Shown one piece after another: positions 17,442 through 25,886 of a DNA stretch of 64,000 nt; within the stretch, counting starts at the first letter, position 1, and each line of letters opens with the position of its first letter. A program made the position numbers and the translations under genes. The notes below the pieces were generated by a model. That model was not told the origin of the DNA and did no database searches. It was given only the letters and a program-made list of their open reading frames with translations. This DNA comes from Candidatus Latescibacterota bacterium (lineage in GTDB: Bacteria > Latescibacterota > UBA2968 > GCA-2709665): NCBI GenBank assembly GCA_965248435.1, contig OZ252100.1:4576001-4640000 (forward strand). The letters are read 5' to 3'.

Positions 17442-19181
17442 ATGCCAGATACGAGATGCGGGTTTGATTTGACCGATTTTACTTACAGAAGCGCGGCCGT
17501 GGCCGCGCTGATTCTATTTTCCGCCTGTGCCAAGCAGGCTCCACCGCCGGGCGGACCACCGGACAAAACCTCTCCGAGGGTCGTCTGGACGGTCCCTGCC
17601 GCAGACTCGGTCGGTGTGAGCCGGCATACTTCGATCCGCATCGGCTTCAGCGAAGCGATGGACAGGCGCTCGGTGGAGCGTGTTCTGTTCGTCTCTCCAA
17701 AAGGCGCCTCAGAACCTGATTTCAAGTGGCGCGACCGTGAACTGGAGATCTCCCTCGGAGAGCAATTGAGGTCAGACCGGACCTATGTCGTGACGGTGGG
17801 CTCCGAAAGCTCAGACGAGTGGAGAAACCGAATGGCCACGTCTTACAGCTTCGCCTTTGCGACAGGTGAGTCCCTGAACTGGGGAGAGATCGTCAGTCGG
17901 GTTTACGATCCTGAGGGACCCCTTAAAGGTGAAGTCTATGTATGGGCGTACGATGTCGAAGCGGCTGCTGACCCGCACCCCGTTCGAGAAACCCCGGCAT
18001 ATGTGACGCAGCCTTCGACGGATGGAGAGTTTCGGTTTCTTAGGCTGGGACCCGGGCGGTATCGTATCTTTGCCTTCGAGGATTCCGATAGAGACCGCAG
18101 CTACACCCCCGGAACGGACAGGCTGGCGGTTCCTCCGGCCGATGTGGCTTTGCCTCCTGAAGGGGATCGGATTCGTTTGGGCCCACTTCGGCTGGCACTC
18201 CGGGATACCATTCCCCCGAAATTTCAGTCGGCCCGTACGCCGGACCGCCGGCACGTGCTTCTCCGGTTCGACGAGCCGGTCCGTCCCCCGCCTCTCGTTC
18301 AGATCATCGGGCCTGGTCCTCTTCAGATCGCGGCAGTTTATGTCGATGGAGAGGACGCGAGTCAGGTGTGGCTGGCGACAGGCCCTCAGGCGAAGAAGGC
18401 TTCTTATCGCGTGGTCCTTGAGGGGTTCGAAGACAGTTCAGGAAACCGGATCCCAGCAGGCGTGGATGCTGAAGTATCGGGTGACGGGGAGCCAGACGGG
18501 CGGGAGCCGTCCCTCGTCTCTTCCTTTCCACCGCCAGATGCCGGATTTATCGCACCCGACGCACACCTGGTGATGAGTTTTAGCGATGCCATGAAGTTGG
18601 AGATCGAGTTCGACTTCTGGATCGCATCAGATAGCACGATCGTTCCCGACGGCGTATTCTATTGGCCGGCGCCGAACAGACTGCAGTTTTCACCTTCCCG
18701 GCCCTGGCCCGGGGGAAAGGCCGTTCGGCTGATGGGCCGAGCGACTCAGCTCTCAGATCTTTCCGGTAATCATCCGACCCAGATGGCGAACTTCAGGTTT
18801 ACGGTAATGGATTCTGCAGCCCTCGGGGAGATAAGCGGCCGGATCGATCCGGTGGACGCCCGGGTGGTTGTCCAGGCCTGGAGACTTTCAGGTCAAGCAG
18901 GTGTGTATGAAACCGGCGTTGCACCCGGTGATTCATCCTATACGCTGGCCTGGTTGCCTCCTGACACCTATGCCGTCTCAGGTTTTCTGGACCATGATGG
19001 AGATAGTGAATGGACGCCCGGAATGGTTCAGCCTTTTGTTCCCGCTGAACCATTGAGCCAGACGCTGGACACGCTCGAGGTCCGCGCCCGCTGGGCGACA
19101 ATCTCTGAAAAGCGTTTCAGCTTTATCCAAACGGGCTCGCTCGAAGAGTCCAGGGAGTTGCTACCTGGCCGAACCTGGTGA
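17442..19181 (+). CDS. Ig-like (Big_5) domain lipoprotein
   Basis: Lipobox-like FSAC followed by AKQAPPPGGPPDKTSP and repeated FSE/FDE/FSD Ig modules. Start codon uncertain. Confidence 0.8.
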   Translation: MPDTRCGFDLTDFTYRSAAVAALILFSACAKQAPPPGGPPDKTSPRVVWTVPAADSVGVSRHTSIRIGFSEAMDRRSVERVLFVSPKGASEPDFKWRDRELEISLGEQLRSDRTYVVTVGSESSDEWRNRMATSYSFAFATGESLNWGEIVSRVYDPEGPLKGEVYVWAYDVEAAADPHPVRETPAYVTQPSTDGEFRFLRLGPGRYRIFAFEDSDRDRSYTPGTDRLAVPPADVALPPEGDRIRLGPLRLALRDTIPPKFQSARTPDRRHVLLRFDEPVRPPPLVQIIGPGPLQIAAVYVDGEDASQVWLATGPQAKKASYRVVLEGFEDSSGNRIPAGVDAEVSGDGEPDGREPSLVSSFPPPDAGFIAPDAHLVMSFSDAMKLEIEFDFWIASDSTIVPDGVFYWPAPNRLQFSPSRPWPGGKAVRLMGRATQLSDLSGNHPTQMANFRFTVMDSAALGEISGRIDPVDARVVVQAWRLSGQAGVYETGVAPGDSSYTLAWLPPDTYAVSGFLDHDGDSEWTPGMVQPFVPAEPLSQTLDTLEVRARWATISEKRFSFIQTGSLEESRELLPGRTW

Positions 19182-19197
19182 ACGACCTGGGTGGGCG

Positions 19198-19557
19198 GTG
19201 CAGGTCAAGATGGTCGGCCTGCTCCTCCTCGTAATCTGTACTCTATTGATCTATCATTTCACATCTCGCTCTATTGAGGATCAGGAGCGTGCACGGGCGC
19301 GTACCATCCTTCAGACGCTCTACCAGTTCGAGCAGGCCCACCTGGAAGAATATGGAACCTATCTGGCGATAGGTCGTGAAAGTATTTGGCAAATATTGAA
19401 GTTAGAGGATATTCCGGGACGGTTTAAATATTCCGTGGTGGTGGAGGAAAACAGTTTTGTTGCGCTGGCCGAAGCTGACTTTGACGGGGACGGTGAGGTC
19501 GAGATCTGGCAAGTGGATCCGACCCATCCGGACCCTACTCTCAGGAAAGGGGACTGA
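19198..19557 (+). CDS. Pilin-like small membrane-anchored protein
   Basis: N-terminal hydrophobic helix, amphipathic helix ending YGTY, and C-terminal A.ADFDGDG...W.VD as in type IV pilin-like proteins. No GFTLIE motif. Confidence 0.55.
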   Translation: MQVKMVGLLLLVICTLLIYHFTSRSIEDQERARARTILQTLYQFEQAHLEEYGTYLAIGRESIWQILKLEDIPGRFKYSVVVEENSFVALAEADFDGDGEVEIWQVDPTHPDPTLRKGD

Positions 19558-19558
19558 C

Positions 19559-22066
19559 CTGGGATGGCGGGTAGGCATACCCGCCCTTTTCCAAATCCTG
19601 TTCGCCCTGTTTTCCAGCGTCCCCATCGTCGCGTTCGTCATCCAGTTGGAGGAGTTCGGAGGTCGCATCGTTCCGATCCACTGGACTTCCGGCGAAGTCA
19701 GCTCGGGCGTTCCGTTCATCGTGGACGTAGACGGGTTTCCCTTCTCTGAAGAGGCAACCGAAAGGATCGTCCGAGAAAGTTTCGAGACCTGGAGTGAGGT
19801 CGAGACTTCACGGGTTACCTTTTCTGATGGGGGTAGAGGACAGTTCAGGGTCTCCTCGACCGACAGGCGCAACGTTATTTTTTTTGATCAGACCGGGCGG
19901 GACGTAGGCGCCCCCCCGGGATCGGGTGTGATCGCTGTGACTCGACTCAACTGGAATTCGAGCGGCGAGATCATCGATTCTGACATCGTTTTCAACGGGC
20001 GGGATTTCAAGTTTTCGACAGCCACAAGCGCGTTCGGGCGCAATGAAGTGGATTTAGAGGGCGTGCTCATCCACGAGATCGGACACTTCCTGGGGCTGGA
20101 TCACTCTCCCCTAGAAGGGTCTACGGCGATCCGGCCTACGATGTATCCCTTCTTTTTTGGCGGAGAGCGCTCGTTGTCGTTCGACGACATGGCGGGGGTT
20201 TCTTCCCTGTATCCCTCCTCAAGGGCGCTCGATACCGGATCCATTACTGGAAATGTAGCATTTCAGAGCGGTCGGGGGGCCTTTGGTGTGCACGTTGTTG
20301 CCTACCGGGCCGGGACGACGGAATTCGTGGTGGGCGCGCTTTCGGGGGCGTCGGGAGATCAGCGCGGGGACGGCGGTGATGGCGCGTACGAGATTTCCGG
20401 GTTGCCGCCGGGCAGCTACCAGGTGACGATAGAACCCCTGAGGGGTACCGTCACATCGAACAATTTTGGAGGAATTTTCAGTCGGGGACTGGATACCGAC
20501 TTTTCTCGGGAATTTTACGACAACGTGGCACGGCAGGACCTGGGCCAGATTATTCAGGTCAACGCGGGCCGGATCGTGGAGGGCATCGATTTCACGCTGG
20601 GCACGGCGGTGGCCGGATCGCCCTTCTTCGAGAGTGCTGAACTCCCGGTCAACACACCGGATACTTCAGGTCCCTACCGCCTGCAGGTTCATATCGGGGA
20701 CGATATCGGCGTCACCGAGGCGGAGATCTCCTATCAGGTCGATGCGGGTGTTGTCAACAGGCTGGCCCTACAGAGAGACAGGGGGGACCTCTTTTTCGTG
20801 GATATCCCGGGCCAGGCTGCAGGCGCGATTATCACGTATCGCGTTCTGGCCAGGGATGCGGATGGACACGAGACCGCTCTCCCGGCTGAAGAGATCGATC
20901 CGTTAAGGTTCGAGGTTCTGGAGCTATCGGGAGAGCCGATTCTCTACGTTGCGACGCGGCGGACGCGCGAGCTCTCTGTGATCGATACGGGACCGAATCT
21001 GGAGATCGCTCGGATTCCGACCGGTGAAAGCCCGCTGAGCGTTCTGCTCACACCGGACGAACGATACCTTTTCGTCGCGAACTCGGGCACGCAGGCGAAT
21101 GGGGCCAGTAATCAGGTGACGGTGGTCGAGACCGCGACTCATCGCGTGGCGGCAGCCATCGATGTAGGCCGGGCGCCCCTCGATCTGGCCATTTCGCCCG
21201 ACGGCCGACGCGTCTACGTGACGAATTCCCAGAGTCGGAGCGTCTCTGTGCTGGACGTAGATCGCCTTGAGGAGATCCACCGATTCCCGGTGCTGTCCAC
21301 CCGAGACGGACCTTTCGGCGTCGTGGCGAGTCCTGACAATCGGTTCATCTACGTTACGGACATCGATAACAATCAGGTAATCGTCATGGAGGCCGGGTCG
21401 GGCAGGATCGAGGCCCAAATAGGTGTCATCGCTTCGCCGAGATCGCTGGCGATCTCAGCTTCCGGTTCGCGGCTGTATGCGTCCGGGTTCGACGGCGGGA
21501 TTTCGGTCGTGGACACAAAGGGTCGATCCGTGATCGGTACGATCGATACCGGTTCCTCAAGCGTGTTCAGAATTGTCTTATCTCCCGATGGGAAAAGACT
21601 CTACGCAACAGACCGATTAGGGGCAAATCTACTCGTGGTGGACCTGGAGCAGAACTCCGTTGTCGGCACGATTCCCGCACTTTCGTTCGGGCGCGAGACT
21701 CGCGATCTGGCGGTTTCGGCCGATGGGAGCAGGGTCTACGTGACGAATCAGGATTCGGATGACCTCGTCGCCTTCGATACAGCCTCTTTCGGGATCGTCA
21801 AGACCTGGAAGGTCGGGAGCGGACCTCGTGGGATCGCGATCTTGAGCGGACGGCAAACCTCCGGCAATTCCGTCCTGAGCGATGCCGATTTCGATCGGAG
21901 CGGTCGGGTCGATTTTATCGATTTCCTGATGTTTGCAATCGCCTTCGGGACGTCCTCCGCGGAATCGGACTACGACCCGAGGTACGATCTGACGGGAGAC
22001 GACGCGGTCAACTTTGGCGATTTTGTGGTCTTCGCCGGGGCCTTCGGAAAGGACCCGAACCCGTAG
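19559..22066 (+). CDS. Secreted matrixin (M10)-type metalloprotease with YVTN beta-propeller and C-terminal dockerin/EF-hand-like repeat
   Basis: HEIGHFLGLDHS zinc motif, Met-turn PTMYP, YVTN repeats and terminal DFDRSGRVDFIDF...DLTGDDAVNFGDF. Start uncertain; an in-frame CTG at 19559 precedes the signal peptide. Confidence 0.82.
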   Translation: MGWRVGIPALFQILFALFSSVPIVAFVIQLEEFGGRIVPIHWTSGEVSSGVPFIVDVDGFPFSEEATERIVRESFETWSEVETSRVTFSDGGRGQFRVSSTDRRNVIFFDQTGRDVGAPPGSGVIAVTRLNWNSSGEIIDSDIVFNGRDFKFSTATSAFGRNEVDLEGVLIHEIGHFLGLDHSPLEGSTAIRPTMYPFFFGGERSLSFDDMAGVSSLYPSSRALDTGSITGNVAFQSGRGAFGVHVVAYRAGTTEFVVGALSGASGDQRGDGGDGAYEISGLPPGSYQVTIEPLRGTVTSNNFGGIFSRGLDTDFSREFYDNVARQDLGQIIQVNAGRIVEGIDFTLGTAVAGSPFFESAELPVNTPDTSGPYRLQVHIGDDIGVTEAEISYQVDAGVVNRLALQRDRGDLFFVDIPGQAAGAIITYRVLARDADGHETALPAEEIDPLRFEVLELSGEPILYVATRRTRELSVIDTGPNLEIARIPTGESPLSVLLTPDERYLFVANSGTQANGASNQVTVVETATHRVAAAIDVGRAPLDLAISPDGRRVYVTNSQSRSVSVLDVDRLEEIHRFPVLSTRDGPFGVVASPDNRFIYVTDIDNNQVIVMEAGSGRIEAQIGVIASPRSLAISASGSRLYASGFDGGISVVDTKGRSVIGTIDTGSSSVFRIVLSPDGKRLYATDRLGANLLVVDLEQNSVVGTIPALSFGRETRDLAVSADGSRVYVTNQDSDDLVAFDTASFGIVKTWKVGSGPRGIAILSGRQTSGNSVLSDADFDRSGRVDFIDFLMFAIAFGTSSAESDYDPRYDLTGDDAVNFGDFVVFAGAFGKDPNP

Positions 22067-22090
22067 GCGTCCATCCACCGGAGATATACG

Positions 22091-22119
22091 TTGACAATCC
22101 CCTTTTGAGAGCCTATTCT
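22091..22119 (+). promoter_or_regulatory. sigma70-type promoter
   Basis: TTGACA-N17-TATTCT. Confidence 0.6.
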
Positions 22120-22139
22120 TTTGAATAGGCTCGATTTCT

Positions 22140-22871
22140 ATGACGGGGAGATTTCTTATGTCGATGCTGTTGGGAATTATGACGCTTGCCTTCCTGGCTC
22201 TGCTCCTGCTCGTAAAGTTCATGACCGGGTTTGAACTTCGGGCGCGAGGCCAGTCGCATCGAAACAACCAGAACAGGATGCTGGAGATCGAATCGGAGCT
22301 GGAAGTGTCTCGGAAAAAGTACCTGAATGCGCTAAAGGCCGAAGGCGTGGCCAAACACAAGGTGAGTCAGGTGAGAATCAAACTCACGGGGCTCAAGCAG
22401 CATTTCGATCAGATCCAGATGACTGCATCGCAACAACGTGCCCAGAAGGAAAAGGATAAAGAGGGCAAACTGGAGGCCATGGTATTGGAAGCGCTGGGAG
22501 GCACCTCGGTGCGCAAGGACACCCACTTCAAGCGGGTGATGAAGGTGATCAACCAGCTTATCGATGTAGACAAGCAGACGAACAGCGAAGAGCTGTTTAC
22601 CGCGATCCAGAAGAAAATCGCCGAGATGGGAGCGACGGGGACGATCGGCGATGCAGGGGACAGTGAAGTTGCCGATCAGGCTCCCGAACCGGATGCCAGG
22701 GCCGAGGTCGATGGGATCGAAGAAACGAGACAGGCGCCAGCCGCTGAGGAGAAGGAGCCCGTGGAGGCCCGGGTGGCGGCCGATGATCCAGAAACGCACA
22801 AGCCCCAGGCACCGAAGGTGGGAATGACCCGGAAGCAGCTCGTGGAGGACGCGGTCAAGAAGAAGAAGTAG
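22140..22871 (+). CDS. Hypothetical membrane-anchored coiled-coil protein
   Basis: N-terminal TM helix, heptad-rich middle and an acidic disordered tail. It has its own promoter. Confidence 0.7.
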   Translation: MTGRFLMSMLLGIMTLAFLALLLLVKFMTGFELRARGQSHRNNQNRMLEIESELEVSRKKYLNALKAEGVAKHKVSQVRIKLTGLKQHFDQIQMTASQQRAQKEKDKEGKLEAMVLEALGGTSVRKDTHFKRVMKVINQLIDVDKQTNSEELFTAIQKKIAEMGATGTIGDAGDSEVADQAPEPDARAEVDGIEETRQAPAAEEKEPVEARVAADDPETHKPQAPKVGMTRKQLVEDAVKKKK

Positions 22872-23057
22872 GCACAAAAAGAGCATCCCCGCACCGAGCC
22901 ATCGTGCGGATTGACAAAGCCCCGAAGGATTTTACTTTCGGGGCCTTTCTGTTGGCAATTTTGCTGACGGTGGGCTTCGGCATCGGTTATATTGGTGACG
23001 AATGCCGGGACCGATGGCGCGAGGCCAATCGTAGTCCGAATCACTCGAGGACGGAAT

Positions 23058-23723
23058 GTGCGTGTCCAGCGACTGCACAACTGGAAACTGAGTCCCAGAA
23101 AGGCAATCGAGATCCAGAGGACCCTCCGGGATCGAGTCAGCAAAGCTCGGCTTAGACGAAAGGTGAGATCAGTCGCGGGGGTGGATGTCGGGATCAGAGG
23201 AGGCGATGCGACGGCGGCAGTGGTCGTACTGAGTTTTCCCGGATTGGAGGTCCAGGAGGTTCGGGTCGCCAGGCGGCCCGTCTCATTCCCCTACGTTCCT
23301 GGACTGCTTTCCTTTCGTGAGCTACCCGTGATATCGAAGGCCTTCAGCCGCCTCCGGTTGGAACCTGACCTGGTTCTGGTGGATGGCCACGGGATTGCCC
23401 ATCCCAGGCGCCTGGGGATCGCATCTCACCTTGGGCTCCTGCTCGATTGTCCAACAGTGGGCTGCGCCAAATCGCGCCTGTGTGGGGAGCACGACGAGCC
23501 CGAGCTGGAGAGAGGGTCCCGTAGACCGCTCGTGGATAAAGATGAGGTGATCGGGGCTGTCGTTCGGACGCGGGATCGCGTGAAGCCTGTGTTTGCGTCG
23601 GTGGGTCATAAGATCGTTCTTGAGCAGGCAGTCGAGTATATGCTTCAGTGTGGGGCGGGCTATCGGCTCCCGGAACCGACGCGGCTCGCGCATCAGGCAG
23701 CGGCGGGGACATTGAAGAGGTAG
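23058..23723 (+). CDS. nfi: Endonuclease V
   Basis: AGVDV, FPYVPGLLSFRE, LVDGHGIAHPRRLGIASHLG, GCAKS and YRLPEPTRLAH motifs. Confidence 0.95.
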   Translation: MRVQRLHNWKLSPRKAIEIQRTLRDRVSKARLRRKVRSVAGVDVGIRGGDATAAVVVLSFPGLEVQEVRVARRPVSFPYVPGLLSFRELPVISKAFSRLRLEPDLVLVDGHGIAHPRRLGIASHLGLLLDCPTVGCAKSRLCGEHDEPELERGSRRPLVDKDEVIGAVVRTRDRVKPVFASVGHKIVLEQAVEYMLQCGAGYRLPEPTRLAHQAAAGTLKR

Positions 23724-23760
23724 CGTTGTTTCGAAAATCCCCGCTGCCCCCCTTTGATAG

Positions 23761-24269
23761 GGTTCATCACCGATTTCCGGGGAAGGCGTGGCGCATCTCG
23801 AGACGATGTTCTCTGACTCCTAAGCCGTTTGCTCCGCTCTGCAATGACAATGTCTCCGGGGCTGCACAATCCGTCCCCTCCTGGGAGGGGTGCCCCGAAG
23901 GGTCGGGGTGGGCTATATCGCGAGAACCAGAAACAAGACCATGCCTCCGGCGGCCTACTTTTCTTGTCACACCACAAGAAAAGTAGGCAAAAGAAGGGCG
24001 CCCCTCAAACGCCGGGGGGGCTCGGGCCGCGGCACCTTACGCTCAGTGGAAAAAACAATTATGGCAGGAAGGCCACATCCTCACCACACGCTCGCGATCA
24101 CTGAAAACCAACCCGCCGGGAGGTGAAATCCCCTTGTTGCACGGTAAGTCGCACACCGCGGCCCTGATGGCTTTGAGCTATGCATCTCTTGATTTACAGG
24201 GACGCTGGCTAGCTGGCGAGTTCTACAAATAGAGCTTGATGGCCTAACCCCAACATTCGGCGAAGAACC
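23761..24269. mobile_element. Non-autonomous ISL3-like MITE, 509 bp
   Basis: Imperfect terminal inverted repeats GGTTCATCACCGATTTCCGGGG and (reverse complement) GGTTCTTCGCCGAATGTTGGGG. Flanked by the 8-bp direct repeat TTTGATAG (23753-23760 and 24270-24277). No transposase. Confidence 0.8.
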
Positions 24270-24407
24270 TTTGATAGAGGGGGGAGGATCGCTTTGGATT
24301 TCATGATTGCAGACTCTGTGTTTCGAGGGCCAGGCATCACCGGCTTGCGATCCACGAACGACGAACGACGATCCACGTTAGCTCACATTTTGGATTGATT
24401 GAATTCC

Positions 24408-25277
24408 ATGCCGAGCCTTATGAATCGCATACTGATCTACGGGCGGATGATCAAGTTTTCGCACAGCGTCTTCGCCCTTCCTTTCGCATTGAGCGGAGCG
24501 GTGCTGGCCGCCACGCGGAGCAGCGTGACCGCGGAGCAGATCGGGTGGATCGTTGCAGCAATGGTGGGTGCACGCAGCGCCGCGATGGGATTCAACCGGC
24601 TTGCCGACCGGGAGATGGATGCAGAGAATCCCCGGACAGCGAACCGGGAAATCCCACGGGGAATCATCACACCCGCCGCCGTTCGCACCTTCATCGTGCT
24701 GTCATCGGGTCTGCTCATCTTCGCGGCCTATCGACTCAATCCGCTCTGTCTCGTGCTTTCTCCGGTCGCCCTGGGGATTGTCTTTTTCTACAGCTATACG
24801 AAGCGATTCACGTGGGCTACACAGTTTTTCCTCGGTCTCTCCCTTTCCGTCGCCCCGATCGGGGCGTGGATCTCGGTCACAGGCAGCCTGGATCCCGAGA
24901 TTCTGCTCCTCGGGGGGGCAGTGCTGGCCTGGGTAGCGGGATTCGATACGATCTATGCATGCCAGGACACCACGTTCGATCGGGAGTATGGCATCTATTC
25001 TCTTCCGCAGCGCTTCGGGATCCGAAGGGCGCTTCTCGCGGCGCGGGCGCTCCACGTCATCGCCCTGCTTCTCCTGGTACAGACGGGCAGGGTGTTCGAA
25101 CTGGGGCCCATCTACACTGCAGGCGTGCTCGTCGTGGCCGGATTGATGCTTTACGAGCATCGGTTCGTTCGCGACGATGATCTGTCGGGTCTGAACGTGG
25201 CCTTTTTTAACATGAATGGCCTCATCAGCTTCATCTATTTCGTCTTTACACTGGGTGATATCGTGTGGACAACCTGA
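24408..25277 (+). CDS. UbiA-family polyprenyltransferase (MqnP-like)
   Basis: MIKFSHSVFALPFA, NRLADREMDAENPRTANR, YSYTKRFT and GFDTIYACQD motifs. Confidence 0.9.
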   Translation: MPSLMNRILIYGRMIKFSHSVFALPFALSGAVLAATRSSVTAEQIGWIVAAMVGARSAAMGFNRLADREMDAENPRTANREIPRGIITPAAVRTFIVLSSGLLIFAAYRLNPLCLVLSPVALGIVFFYSYTKRFTWATQFFLGLSLSVAPIGAWISVTGSLDPEILLLGGAVLAWVAGFDTIYACQDTTFDREYGIYSLPQRFGIRRALLAARALHVIALLLLVQTGRVFELGPIYTAGVLVVAGLMLYEHRFVRDDDLSGLNVAFFNMNGLISFIYFVFTLGDIVWTT

Positions 25278-25876
25278 ATCGAGTTACGGTCGCGATTACG
25301 GGGGCGAGCGGCGCCATTTATGCCCTGCGTACGATACGGGGGCTGCTGATCGGTGGAGTGCATCTGGACCTGATCGTTTCGGATCTGGGTTGGATGCTGC
25401 TGCGGGAGGAGGGCGGGTTTGAAGGAAAGCGAAGTGAGTTCGGTGACTATCTGCTCGAGCGGTACAAAAAGGACACGCAGGGAGGCGAGATTACGCTTCA
25501 CGCATCTGAGGATCTGGCCGCTTCGATTGCGAGCGGTTCCGTGCGCTCAGCGGGCATGGTGGTCGTGCCCTGCTCGATGAAGACCTTGGCCGGGATCGCC
25601 AACGGGTACTCGAGCAACTTGATCGAGCGGTCGGCGGATGTCACGCTGAAAGAACGACGCACCCTGGTGATCGTACCTCGTGAGACGCCGCTCAATCTTG
25701 CACATATGAAAAATCTGGTCGCCGCGGCTGAAGCGGGCGCCGCGATCGTGCCGGCCATGCCGGCCTTCTACCAGAAGCCTCAGACGTTCGAGGACCTCGC
25801 GGATTTCATCGCGGGGCGCGTTTTGAACCTCCTGGGCATCCCCCACACCCTGTTCCCGACCTGGAAAGGGGAATAA
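25265..25876 (+). CDS. ubiX: Flavin prenyltransferase
   Basis: ITGASGAIY, IASGS, PCSMKTLA, RSADVTLKERR, PRETPL and PAMPAFY motifs. Confidence 0.93.
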   Translation: MDNLNRVTVAITGASGAIYALRTIRGLLIGGVHLDLIVSDLGWMLLREEGGFEGKRSEFGDYLLERYKKDTQGGEITLHASEDLAASIASGSVRSAGMVVVPCSMKTLAGIANGYSSNLIERSADVTLKERRTLVIVPRETPLNLAHMKNLVAAAEAGAAIVPAMPAFYQKPQTFEDLADFIAGRVLNLLGIPHTLFPTWKGE

Positions 25877-25886
25877 GTCCGGTACC

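Noticed and set aside
22904-23155. 83-aa ORF with a hydrophobic stretch
   Set aside because: It spans a terminator-like or promoter-like hairpin (GCCCCGAA...TTCGGGGC), overlaps nfi out of frame and has no RBS.
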